DNA of 64,000 bases from an uncultured Actinomycetes bacterium. Lineage in GTDB: Bacteria > Actinomycetota > Acidimicrobiia > IMCC26256 > JANYLB01. The stretch is from contig CAWHIU010000001.1 of NCBI GenBank assembly GCA_963829475.1, positions 87,068-151,067 on the forward strand, read 5' to 3'. Position 1 is the stretch's first letter. Every line of letters starts with the position of its first letter. The position numbers and the translations under genes were made by a program. The notes beneath the pieces are model-generated. The model did not search any database. It worked only from the letters and a program-made list of their open reading frames with translations, and was not told the origin of the DNA. Of this stretch, positions 9,093-18,037 are shown piece after piece.

Positions 9093-10216
9093 ACGATCCG
9101 CCGCGGGACGCGCGGTCCGATGCCACAGATGATCTCGTACGGGATGGTGCCGAGCCGATCGGCCCACTCGGCCGCCGTGACCTCGACGTCGCCCTGACGT
9201 CCGACGAGCACCACCTCGTCGCCGACTTCGACCGTCGCGTCGCCGATGTCGAGCAGGATCTGGTCCATCGTGACCGTGCCGGCGATCGGCACGCGGCGAC
9301 CTCCGACGGCGACCTCGCCACCGACGTGCGCGAGGTTCCGCGGGACTCCGTCGGCGTATCCCACCGGCACGGTGGCGACGCGCGACGTTCGGCTCAGCTC
9401 GTACCGAAGGCCGTAGGAGAGGCGAGACCCTGCGGGAAGGGTCTTCACGTACGAGACCCGGGCCTTGAACGACAGGGCCGGGCGCAGCGGGATGCGGTCG
9501 GCGAGCGTCGGCGCTCGGTGCGATGCCGTAGATCGCGATCCCAGCGCGGACGAGGTCGTAGTGGGCCGACGGGAACGCCAGGAGACCGGCCGAGTTCGCC
9601 GCGTGGCGAAGCCCGACGTCGACGCCGGCCGCTGCGAGATCGGCGAGCAGCGCGTCGAAGCGACCCGACCTGTTCACCGGTGTACGGATCGTCGGGCTCG
9701 TCGGCGACCGCGAGGTGGGTACACACCCCACCGAGCACCAACTCGCCGCGCTCGCCGATCGCGTCGACGAGCGCGCGTGCGTCGCCGGGCGCGCAGCCGA
9801 CGCGGTGCATCCCGGTGTCGACCTTGAGGTGCACCGGCAACGGATCCCGACGACCGCTCCCGGCAACGGCCTTCGCGAGGTGCTCGAGCCCAGACGGGCG
9901 TGTAGACGACGGGGGTCAGGCCCGCGGCGACGAGCGCGGCGGCAGCGTCGGGCGTGGGCTCCGACAGCACGAGGATCGGCGCGTCGATGCCCGCGTCGCG
10001 CAGCGCGATCCCCTCCTCGGTGAGCGCGACACCGAACCATTGCGCGCCCGCGTCGAGCGCGGCGCGCGCGACCGGGACCGCGCCGTGTCCGTACCCATCG
10101 GCCTTCACCACGGCCATGACCGCGGCCGGATCAGCCGCGGCGGCGATGGCGCGGGTGTTCGCCCGCACCGCGTCGAGATCGATCTCGACCCATGCGGGTC
10201 GGAAGCGCTCGGTCAT
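9089..10216 (-). pseudogene. alr: alanine racemase, three frame breaks as sequenced
   Basis: Four segments join into one Alr. They are MTERFRPAWVEIDLDAVRANT...VVKADGYGHG...VVYTP, then SGLEHLAKAV...PVHLKVDTGMHRVGC...DDPYT, then RFDALLADLAAAGVD...HAANSAG...AIYGIAPS, then PTLADRIPLRPALSFKARVSYVKTLPAGSRLSYG...GTVTMDQ...IPYEIIC. The shifts are near 9895, 9664 and 9517. Confidence 0.85.
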
Positions 10217-11676
10217 GGAGTCTTCGCTTCGTTGACGGTTCTCAGCGTCCGGGGGATCGCGGCGACGAGGTCACCCGCCACGAGCCCAGTATGCCCGGCG
10301 ACGTCGGCGGCGCGGCCGTGGAGCCACGCGCCCGTCGCGGCCGCTTCGAACGGGCCGGCACCCCGGGCGGCCACTCCCCCGATGATCCCCGACAGCACGT
10401 CGCCGGATCCGGCCGTGGCCAACCAGGGTCCACCCGTCGGGTTCACACCGACCCGACCGTCGGGATCCGCGACCACCGTGCCCGGACCCTTGAGCAGCAC
10501 GACCGAACGCGACTCGGCGGCGAGCGCCCGGGCCGCGACGATGCGATCCGGTCCGACCGGGCGGCGGGCGAGGCGGGCGTACTCGGCCGCGTGAGGCGTC
10601 AGGATCGTGGGCGAGCCCCGATCGGCTCGGGCCCGCAGCGCCGTCATGTCACCCTCGAGCGCGTTGAGCCCGTCGGCGTCGAGCACGAGGGTCACCGGCG
10701 CCTCCGAGACGATCCGCTGGACCGCGGCGCGAGTGGCCGACCCGGCACCGAGGCCGGGGCCGAGCACGAGCACCCGGAAGCGGTCGAGCGCGGCGAGCAC
10801 CGCGATGGCGGCGTCGGCGCCCATCGAGCCGTCGGTCGCGGCGGGGAGGAGTCGGGTCACGACCTCACTCCCCGACGCCCGGGTCGCCGCGTCACCGGGC
10901 ATGCCGCACCAGACGATGCCCGCGCCGACCCGCATCGCGGCGTGGCTCACCATCATCGGCGCGCCGGTCATCCCGCTCGACCCACCGACCACGAACACGC
11001 CACCCGCGCTCCACTTGTGCGCATCCGCGCCGCGATCCGGCAGCCACGCCCGAATGTCTGCCTCCGAGATGACGCCGGTGTCGGGTCCGGCGCGGGAGCC
11101 GGAGCAGACGTCGAGACCGATGTCGACCACGTCGACGACGCCCGACCGGGACCGACCCGGCTCGAACAGCACGCCGGGCTTGGCCGCGGCGAAGCACACG
11201 GTGCGGTCGGCCCGCACCGCGGGGCCCTCGACCGCGCCGGTGAGTCCGTCGACGCCGGACGGGATGTCGACGGCGACGCACCCGCTCGTGCGGTGCTCGG
11301 TCTGCGCGGCGAACCACCCGGCATCACCGTCGAGCACACCCCGGAAGCCGGTGCCGAACATCGCGTCGACGACTACGTCGGCGCGGGCCAACGCCCTGCC
11401 GCACACATCCCGGTCGATTCCCGTCTCGAGGCTGAAGACGTCGACTCGCACTCCCCACGAGCGCAACACCCGCGCCGCGATCGCGCCATCTCCTCCGTTG
11501 TTCCCGCGCCCGCAGACGACGACGACCCGACGACCGTAGGTACCACCGAGCTCGGTGCGCACTGCGCGCGCCACCGCCCGGCCGGCACGGTCCATCAATG
11601 TCACGACCGACGTACCCGCGGCGACGGCGTGGGCGTCGACGGCGCGCATCTCGTCGGGAGTCAGCAGCGGCTTCAT
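10213..11676 (-). CDS. nnr: bifunctional NAD(P)H-hydrate repair enzyme Nnr (epimerase + ADP-dependent dehydratase)
   Basis: MKPLLTPDEMRAVD...VVCGRGNNGGDG (YjeF_N) plus a C-terminal kinase-like domain with GSGDVLSGIIGG. ATG 11676 overlaps the acpS TGA as ATGA. Confidence 0.9.
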   Translation of the reverse strand: MKPLLTPDEMRAVDAHAVAAGTSVVTLMDRAGRAVARAVRTELGGTYGRRVVVVCGRGNNGGDGAIAARVLRSWGVRVDVFSLETGIDRDVCGRALARADVVVDAMFGTGFRGVLDGDAGWFAAQTEHRTSGCVAVDIPSGVDGLTGAVEGPAVRADRTVCFAAAKPGVLFEPGRSRSGVVDVVDIGLDVCSGSRAGPDTGVISEADIRAWLPDRGADAHKWSAGGVFVVGGSSGMTGAPMMVSHAAMRVGAGIVWCGMPGDAATRASGSEVVTRLLPAATDGSMGADAAIAVLAALDRFRVLVLGPGLGAGSATRAAVQRIVSEAPVTLVLDADGLNALEGDMTALRARADRGSPTILTPHAAEYARLARRPVGPDRIVAARALAAESRSVVLLKGPGTVVADPDGRVGVNPTGGPWLATAGSGDVLSGIIGGVAARGAGPFEAAATGAWLHGRAADVAGHTGLVAGDLVAAIPRTLRTVNEAKTP

Positions 11677-12059
11677 CCGAGCGCGATCGCGGTCGCGGAA
11701 GCCATGGAGTCGGTGTGGGTGAGCGTGAGCTGCCACGCGGTGACGTGGCGGGCATCGGCGAGCGCGGCGGCCTTGTCGTGCAGCGCGATGGTCGGTTGAC
11801 CGCTCGGCAAGCGGACGACCTCGACGTCGCGCAGGGCGAACTTCCACAACCCGATCCCGAGGGCCTTCATCACCGCTTCCTTGGCACCGAAGCGGGCGGC
11901 GAGGTGCGGCGCGGCGTTCCGATGCCGGAACGAGTACTCGCGCTCGGCATCGCTGAAGAGGCGATCGAGGAGGCGGTCACCTTGTCGTTCCATCGCGAGG
12001 CGGAAACGGTCGACCTCGACCAGGTCGGTGCCCAGGCCGAGTACCCCGGTCGTGGTCAC
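11673..12059 (-). CDS. acpS: holo-[acyl-carrier-protein] synthase
   Basis: GLGTDLVEVDRFRLAME...FGAKEAVMKALG. I place the start at GTG 12059, just downstream of the glmS-like stop (12073). Confidence 0.85.
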   Translation of the reverse strand: MTTTGVLGLGTDLVEVDRFRLAMERQGDRLLDRLFSDAEREYSFRHRNAAPHLAARFGAKEAVMKALGIGLWKFALRDVEVVRLPSGQPTIALHDKAAALADARHVTAWQLTLTHTDSMASATAIALG

Positions 12060-12072
12060 GAACGCGCGCTCG

Positions 12073-15000
12073 TCAACCTCGACGCCAGCGGTCGGCGAGG
12101 ACGTACACCGGCATCGTGAGCAGGTCGGCAACGTCGATCTCGGCCAGGCGGGTGTCGTCGAAGATCAGCTCCGTCTCGGTGACGGCACCCTTCAACGCGG
12201 CGTACCGGTTGCGATACCCCTGGAGCACGGTGCGGGCCGCGGCGGGCTCGAGGCGGTCGGCGAACTGCACGTGCAGGAGGGTCAGGCCGACGGTCTGGTT
12301 CCCCTTCACCTCGGGTACGAAGATCAAGGTGCGGTCGTCACTGCGTCCGCGGGCGACGGTCACCTCGCGCTCGATCGCGACGAGCTGCTTGGTACCTCGC
12401 AGCCGCGGATCGTCGTCGGTCCGGGAGCGGATCTGGGCAGCCATGCCACCGCGGTCGACCACCGAGATCGTCGCGGTGTCGCGCTCGATGTCGCCCTCGA
12501 TGCGGTACCGGGTGAACCCCGTGACCTGGGCGACGGCGCGATCGAGGGCCACGACGGAGCGGAGCGCGCGGTAGCTGAGGTTGTCGCGGGCCACGCCGGC
12601 CGCGAGGAGCTCCTGGACGAGACCGACCTGGAGCAACGTCTCGTCGGCGCGGGAGATGCCGACGGTGACCGTCTTCGCCTGGTGCTTGATCGCGTCGACG
12701 GGTCGCGTCAGCTGCTCGATGCCTTCGGTGAGGGCCGCGGTCAGGTCTTCGACGACCACGCTCGGTGTGCCGACCTTCCCGTAGTCGACCTGGTACGCGT
12801 CGAGCGGGACGATGCCGATGGCGTACCGGAGCAACGAGGCCACCCGCACCGCGGTGCCGGCTTCGAGGCTTCCGTCGTAGCCGCCGCTTCGAAGACCGTC
12901 GAAGAAGGTGCGGCTCAGCGGCTCGAGCTGCGTTCGCAACCGGCGGAACGCGGCGTCGGCATCACGGCCACCCGAGGTGACCATCGCTTCGATCGCGGCG
13001 CGCGCCTCGCGTAGCGGTCGGGCCGACGCGTCGATGGCAAGCGCAGCCTCGTATCCGAACAGGTGGCCGACCATCGCCGAGAGCACGAACGCGAGGGCCG
13101 GGTGCACGACCGGCACCTCGATGGTCTCGAGCGCGATCCCGTTGAAGCGGTGCTGGCCCTCACTCGCGATCACGACCGCCGCCGCCTTGTGGGCGCGGTA
13201 GATGGCGAGCTCCTTGGCGACGTCGTCGGCGTTCGAACCGCTCAGGCCGGCGGCGCAGACGATGATCAGCGGCTCCGACGACAGGTCGATGTGCTTCTTG
13301 TCCTCGGTCACATCGCAGGCGATCGCCTTGTAGCAGAGCTCGGAGAGCTTGATCCGGATCTCGTGCGCTGCGACGCGGTTCACGCCGTTGCCGACGACCG
13401 CCCAGGATCGGCGTTGCGGTGCCTGGCGCTGCGCGGCGACCGCGATGTCGGCTCGCCGGCCGAGCACCGCGACCAGCGCGTCGGGAAGATCGCGCAGACC
13501 GGTGAGCAGCTCGTCACGCTCGGTCGGCGCGCCGGTCGCCCACGCTCCGGTGATGTCGTCGGCGATCGCGAACGCGAGAAGGAACCCCGCCGCGATCTGC
13601 GCGTAGAACGCCTTCGTCGACGCGACGCTCATCTCCACGTCGCGCCCGTCGGAGGTGTAGAGCACTCCGTCGGCCCGGTCGACGAGATCGCTGTTGCGAC
13701 GGTTCACGATGGCGACGACCGACGCACCACGGTCACGCACGAGGTCGACGGTGCGGTTGGTGTCGGTGGTGGTGCCGCTCTGGCTGATCGCGACCACGAG
13801 GGTGTCGTGCATGTCGGCGACGAGCCGGAAGCCCGACAGCTCGGTGCCCGGGATCGCCTCGACGATGACGTGATCGGAGACGCCGGGGAGTTGCGCCAGC
13901 ACTGCGGCAAGGCTCTGACCCGCAACCGCGGCCGTCCCCTGGCCGATCACGAGCACCCGACGGATGGCACCCGATCGCAGTCGTTCCCGGAGCTCCAGCG
14001 GGAGCGTCTCGGGACCGAGCTCGACCACCATGCGTCCGTCGCGCTCGACGAGCTTCCCCCGCAGGGTCTTGCGGAACGAAGCCGGCGCCTCGGAGATCTC
14101 CTTGAGCAGGTAGTGGGGCGCGTCACCGCGGTCGATGTCACGCGTCGTGATCTGTGCCCGCGACAGATCGTCGGCGCCCAACGACAGCACGGTGCCGTCG
14201 TACGAGCGTCGGTCGATGCCCTCGACCTGCCCCGCCCGCGCGCCGTCGAGCAGCACGATCTGACCCCGGCTCGACTCCGGGTGGTCGGCGTCGGCGGGGG
14301 TCTCGCCGTCGAGGCGGAGGTAGTGCGGGGTCTCCTCGACGAGCCCGTAGGGCTCACTCGCGACGACGAACGCATCCTCGGTCAGCCCGACGTAGAGCGA
14401 TTGCCCGCTCCCTCGCAGCGCGAGCAGGATCTGATCGGTCGGCCCCGACACGCTCGCCGCGATCGCGACCGAGCCTTCGAGCGTCGCGACGGTCGCGCGG
14501 AACGCCTCGTCGACGCCCGCGCCCTGGTCGATTCGCCGACCGACGAGCGCAGGGATGACCTTGGCGTCGGTCGTGATCTCGCGGGCGATGCGCAAGCCTT
14601 CGATCGCGACGAGGTCGGCGTGGTTGTCGACGTCGCCGTTCAGCGCGGCGGTGACGTACGACTCGGCGACAGCAGCGGCGCCGTCTCCCGCCGGGAGCTC
14701 CTCGGCGTCGAGCGGATGAGCGTTCGCCTCGGAGATGATCCCGACACTCGCCCAGCGCGTGTGACCGAGCACGGTGACGCGCGCCGTCTCGTTCGCGAGC
14801 GCGAGGTGGAGCAAGACATCGGCGCGGATCGCGTCTCTGATCACGCGGGTGTTGTCGCCGAGCTCGCCGATCTCGGCGGCCGCCTTGTAGACGAACGCGG
14901 CGGAATCGGGGCGGGGCAGTCGGAGCGAGCCGGTGCGGAAGAGCGGGTCGTCGGTCCGTTCGGAGATCAGTCGCATCACGGTGGAATCGGAGAGATCGAG

Positions 15001-15567
15001 CGCGTGGTCGCGCACGAGGATGTGGATGCCCGCCGAGTCGCGCCCGCGCACTTCGAGCCGGTCGATCGACGAGAGCGCGACCTGGACCGCCCAGAAGGCG
15101 TCGACTGCGGCGCCGGTCGCAGTGGCCCCTCCCGCGAGATCGCCGACCGCGGCCGCGCCCCGGAGTCGGTCACGCGCGATGGCCCAGAGCGCGTCCTTGA
15201 CCCGGACGAGCTCGGTGCTCAGCAGCTCGATCTCGGCCGGGGCGAGACCACGGCCGTCGGCGTCGAGCTGAGCGTCGAGCTCGTCGACCGTGCACTGCAG
15301 ATCGGCCACCCGGGCTGCGAGCTCGGCGGCCCCGGTGGGTTCGGCGAGGAGGGTGCGGACGCCGGGGGTGCCCCGGAGCGCCGCGTCGGCCCGCTCCACG
15401 TGCGCGGCGGCCTCGGCGACGGCAGCCACCAGATCGACGAGAGGGAGGCCGCGATCGAGCACCGGGGCCAGATGGCCCGACGCGGCACGCAGCTCAGCGG
15501 CGATCTCGGCGATCGTGGGTGGCGTGCGACCGGCCGGACGGCCGATCACGGCGATGATGCCGCACAC
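12073..15567 (-). CDS. glmS: oversized glutamine--fructose-6-phosphate aminotransferase-like protein (class-II GATase + 2 SIS domains + extra inserts and a C-terminal domain), 1164 aa
   Basis: GTG start after AGGAGG gives fMet-Cys2 (MCGIIAV). GATase landmarks are RGRDSAG, GHTRWAS..NAHP and NGDVDNH. SIS landmarks are ISQSGTTTDT, VASTKAF, KLSELCYK..KH and AKTVTV. It sits at the syntenic glmS locus between glmM and acpS. Its length is about twice that of canonical GlmS. Confidence 0.7.
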   Translation of the reverse strand: MCGIIAVIGRPAGRTPPTIAEIAAELRAASGHLAPVLDRGLPLVDLVAAVAEAAAHVERADAALRGTPGVRTLLAEPTGAAELAARVADLQCTVDELDAQLDADGRGLAPAEIELLSTELVRVKDALWAIARDRLRGAAAVGDLAGGATATGAAVDAFWAVQVALSSIDRLEVRGRDSAGIHILVRDHALDLSDSTVMRLISERTDDPLFRTGSLRLPRPDSAAFVYKAAAEIGELGDNTRVIRDAIRADVLLHLALANETARVTVLGHTRWASVGIISEANAHPLDAEELPAGDGAAAVAESYVTAALNGDVDNHADLVAIEGLRIAREITTDAKVIPALVGRRIDQGAGVDEAFRATVATLEGSVAIAASVSGPTDQILLALRGSGQSLYVGLTEDAFVVASEPYGLVEETPHYLRLDGETPADADHPESSRGQIVLLDGARAGQVEGIDRRSYDGTVLSLGADDLSRAQITTRDIDRGDAPHYLLKEISEAPASFRKTLRGKLVERDGRMVVELGPETLPLELRERLRSGAIRRVLVIGQGTAAVAGQSLAAVLAQLPGVSDHVIVEAIPGTELSGFRLVADMHDTLVVAISQSGTTTDTNRTVDLVRDRGASVVAIVNRRNSDLVDRADGVLYTSDGRDVEMSVASTKAFYAQIAAGFLLAFAIADDITGAWATGAPTERDELLTGLRDLPDALVAVLGRRADIAVAAQRQAPQRRSWAVVGNGVNRVAAHEIRIKLSELCYKAIACDVTEDKKHIDLSSEPLIIVCAAGLSGSNADDVAKELAIYRAHKAAAVVIASEGQHRFNGIALETIEVPVVHPALAFVLSAMVGHLFGYEAALAIDASARPLREARAAIEAMVTSGGRDADAAFRRLRTQLEPLSRTFFDGLRSGGYDGSLEAGTAVRVASLLRYAIGIVPLDAYQVDYGKVGTPSVVVEDLTAALTEGIEQLTRPVDAIKHQAKTVTVGISRADETLLQVGLVQELLAAGVARDNLSYRALRSVVALDRAVAQVTGFTRYRIEGDIERDTATISVVDRGGMAAQIRSRTDDDPRLRGTKQLVAIEREVTVARGRSDDRTLIFVPEVKGNQTVGLTLLHVQFADRLEPAAARTVLQGYRNRYAALKGAVTETELIFDDTRLAEIDVADLLTMPVYVLADRWRRG

Positions 15568-15669
15568 GATGATCCTCCTGCTCGACGGGGGGTTCGATCC
15601 GGGGTGATCGGCAGCCGACGCATGATTCTAGAGAGATCTGCGGGTGTCCCCGACCGAAGTCCCGCGGCT

Positions 15670-17025
15670 CTACGTGTCCAGCGCTCCGAGCTCCCGTGTG
15701 AGGGCGGAGGCCAGGCGGTCGGCGAGCGCGGTGGCCTCGTCGTCGGTCGGGGCCTCGACCATGACCCTCACCACCGGCTCGGTGCCCGACGGGCGCACGA
15801 GCACCCGACCCCCGTCGCCGAGCTCGGCCTCGACCGCCCGGACCTCGCTCCAGAACCCGTCGGCGCCGTCGAGACCGGCGCGGTCGCCGACCCGCACGTT
15901 GAGGAGCACCTGGGGAAAGCGGGTCACCACGCCGGCCAGCTCCGACAGGGTGGCTCCGGCACGCCGGACCGCATCGAGGAGCAGGATGCCGGTGAGGATC
16001 CCGTCGCCGGTGTCGGCGTGGTCGGCGAAGATCACGTGCCCCGACTGCTCACCGCCGAGCACCAGTCCGTGCTCCTGCATCGCGGCCCAGACGTGGCGGT
16101 CACCGACGGGCGTCTCGACGATGCCGATCCCGCGCTCCGTGAGCGCACGGCGCAACCCGAGGTTCGACATGACGGTGACCGCGAGCGCGTCACCGGTGAG
16201 CAACCCGCGCGCGGCAAGGTCGATCGCGCACACGGCCAGGATCTGATCGCCATCGACCAATGTGCCGTGCTCGTCGACGGCGACGGCGCGGTCGGCGTCG
16301 CCGTCGAAGGCCAGCCCGGCCGCGGCGCCGTGCGCGACCACTGCTTCCTGCAGGTGCGTCGGATCGGTGGAGCCGCAGCCCGCGTTGATGTTCGAGCCGT
16401 CGGGCTCGGCATTCATGACGGTGACGACCGCGCCCAGCGCACGCAGGATCCGCGGGCCGATCTCCGACGCCGCGCCGTGACCGCAGTCGACGACGATCTC
16501 CATCCCACCGAGATCACGACCGGAGACGGCCTCGACCACGTGCGCGACGTACTCGTCGACGAGGGCGTCGCCTCGGAGCGCGACTCCGACGCCCGGACCC
16601 GGTCGACCGGTCGGCACCGCCGCGGGGTCGAGCAGCGCGGCGAGCTCCGACTCGAGCGCCTCCTCGAGCGCGTCGGGGAGCTTGCGTCCACCCGCGGCGA
16701 AGAACTTGATGCCGTTGTCGGCGAAGGGGTTGTGGCTGGCCGAGATCACCGCCCCGGGCACGCCGAGCCGTCGGCTGGCGAACGCGACCGTCGGGGTGGG
16801 CACGACACCGAGGAGCGTCGGGTCGACACCTTCGGCCGCCAAGCCGGCGACGAGCGCGGCCTCGAGCATGGGCCCCGATCGGCGGGTGTCGCGACCGATG
16901 ACGAACCCGCTCCCCGGCGCGCCCACGTTCAGCACTCGGGCCGCGGCGCGACCGGCTGCGAGCGCGACCTCGGGCGTGAGATCGACGTTCGCGACGCCAC
17001 GGATTCCGTCGGTACCGAAGCGCAC
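15670..17025 (-). CDS. glmM: phosphoglucosamine mutase
   Basis: MRFGTDGIRGVAN...ISASHNPFADNGIKFF...GDGDADR; 451 aa. Confidence 0.95.
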   Translation of the reverse strand: MRFGTDGIRGVANVDLTPEVALAAGRAAARVLNVGAPGSGFVIGRDTRRSGPMLEAALVAGLAAEGVDPTLLGVVPTPTVAFASRRLGVPGAVISASHNPFADNGIKFFAAGGRKLPDALEEALESELAALLDPAAVPTGRPGPGVGVALRGDALVDEYVAHVVEAVSGRDLGGMEIVVDCGHGAASEIGPRILRALGAVVTVMNAEPDGSNINAGCGSTDPTHLQEAVVAHGAAAGLAFDGDADRAVAVDEHGTLVDGDQILAVCAIDLAARGLLTGDALAVTVMSNLGLRRALTERGIGIVETPVGDRHVWAAMQEHGLVLGGEQSGHVIFADHADTGDGILTGILLLDAVRRAGATLSELAGVVTRFPQVLLNVRVGDRAGLDGADGFWSEVRAVEAELGDGGRVLVRPSGTEPVVRVMVEAPTDDEATALADRLASALTRELGALDT

Positions 17026-17039
17026 GAGCGCGCCGACGC

Positions 17040-17435
17040 TTACCGCTTGGAGTACTGGGGCGCCTTGCGCGCCTTGTGGAGGCCGTACTTCTTGCGCTCG
17101 ACCCGACGCGAGTCACGCGTCAGCAGGCCGGCCTTCTTCAGCGAGGGCCGCGCCTCTCCGTCGAGGGCGACGAGCGCCCGTGCGATCCCGAGGCGCAGGG
17201 CACCGGCCTGGCCGTTCACGCCACCGCCGTGGAGCGTGGCGTCGACGTCGTACACGTCGGCCGTCTGCGTGACCCGGAGCGGCTCCGTCGCGATGACCTG
17301 GTGCGACAGCGTGGTGAAGTACTCCGCGAACTCCCGGCCGTTGCACGAGATCTTGCCGGTGCCGGGGCGCAGGCGCACGCGTGCGACCGCTTCCTTGCGT
17401 CGACCGGTCGTCTGGATCAGAGGCTTGGGCAACAC
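17040..17435 (-). CDS. rpsI: 30S ribosomal protein S9
   Basis: ...[20 protein letters not shown]...[19 protein letters not shown]...[18 protein letters not shown]. The start at GTG 17435 is chosen to avoid overlap with rplM and is uncertain. Confidence 0.85.
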   Translation of the reverse strand: MLPKPLIQTTGRRKEAVARVRLRPGTGKISCNGREFAEYFTTLSHQVIATEPLRVTQTADVYDVDATLHGGGVNGQAGALRLGIARALVALDGEARPSLKKAGLLTRDSRRVERKKYGLHKARKAPQYSKR

Positions 17436-17484
17436 GGGCCTTTCGGGTCGACCGAGAGTTCGGGCGAAGAGTCGGTGGAGCGCA

Positions 17485-17934
17485 TCACTGGTCGACGCGG
17501 CGGCTGATGAGTGCGAACGCCTCGGGCTGCTGCGCACCGTGGGGGTGGCTCGGGCCGGCGTAGACGCGGAGCTTCTTGATCATCGCCCGGCCGAGGCGAC
17601 CCTTGGGGAGCATGCCCTTGACCGCGAGGGTGACGACGCGGTCGGGGTGCTTCTCGATCATCTGCTCGAGCGAACGCTGTGTGAGACCGCCGGGGTAGCC
17701 GGAGTGCCGGTAGTACTGCTTCGCGGCCGCCTTGCGGGCCGACACGTCGAGCTTCTCGGCGTTGATCACGACCACGTGGTCGCCGACGTCGAGGTTCGGG
17801 GCGTAGATCGGCTTGTGCTTGCCGCGGAGCAGGACCGCGATCTCGCTCGCCATACGACCGAGCACCGCGCCATCGGCATCGATGACGTGCCAGGCGCGCT
17901 GAATGTCGGAGTTTTTCGGGGTGAAGGTCCGCAT
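17485..17934 (-). CDS. rplM: 50S ribosomal protein L13
   Basis: [42 protein letters not shown]...; ATG at 17934. Confidence 0.95.
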   Translation of the reverse strand: MRTFTPKNSDIQRAWHVIDADGAVLGRMASEIAVLLRGKHKPIYAPNLDVGDHVVVINAEKLDVSARKAAAKQYYRHSGYPGGLTQRSLEQMIEKHPDRVVTLAVKGMLPKGRLGRAMIKKLRVYAGPSHPHGAQQPEAFALISRRVDQ

Positions 17935-17987
17935 CGGTCCTCGGTGGTCCGCGACAAGAGGGGGTGCCCACGCAGGGGGAGCAGGAG

Positions 17988-18017
17988 ATTGTACGTCTCC
18001 GGAGGACCTCTCGGCAA
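17988..18017 (-). promoter_or_regulatory. candidate sigma-A promoter of rplM-rpsI
   Basis: On the minus strand TTGCCG-N18-TACAAT lies about 50 nt upstream of the rplM ATG. Confidence 0.4.
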
Positions 18018-18037
18018 TCCACCCGTATTCTCTGGCC

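Noticed and set aside
15568-15669. A glmS ribozyme or riboswitch in the 102-nt leader of the glmS-like gene.
   Set aside because: I could not recognise the conserved glmS ribozyme core by eye. I found only an AT-rich patch with a TAGAAT -10-like hexamer and a CTAG/AGATCT palindrome cluster. There is not enough evidence to call an RNA element.
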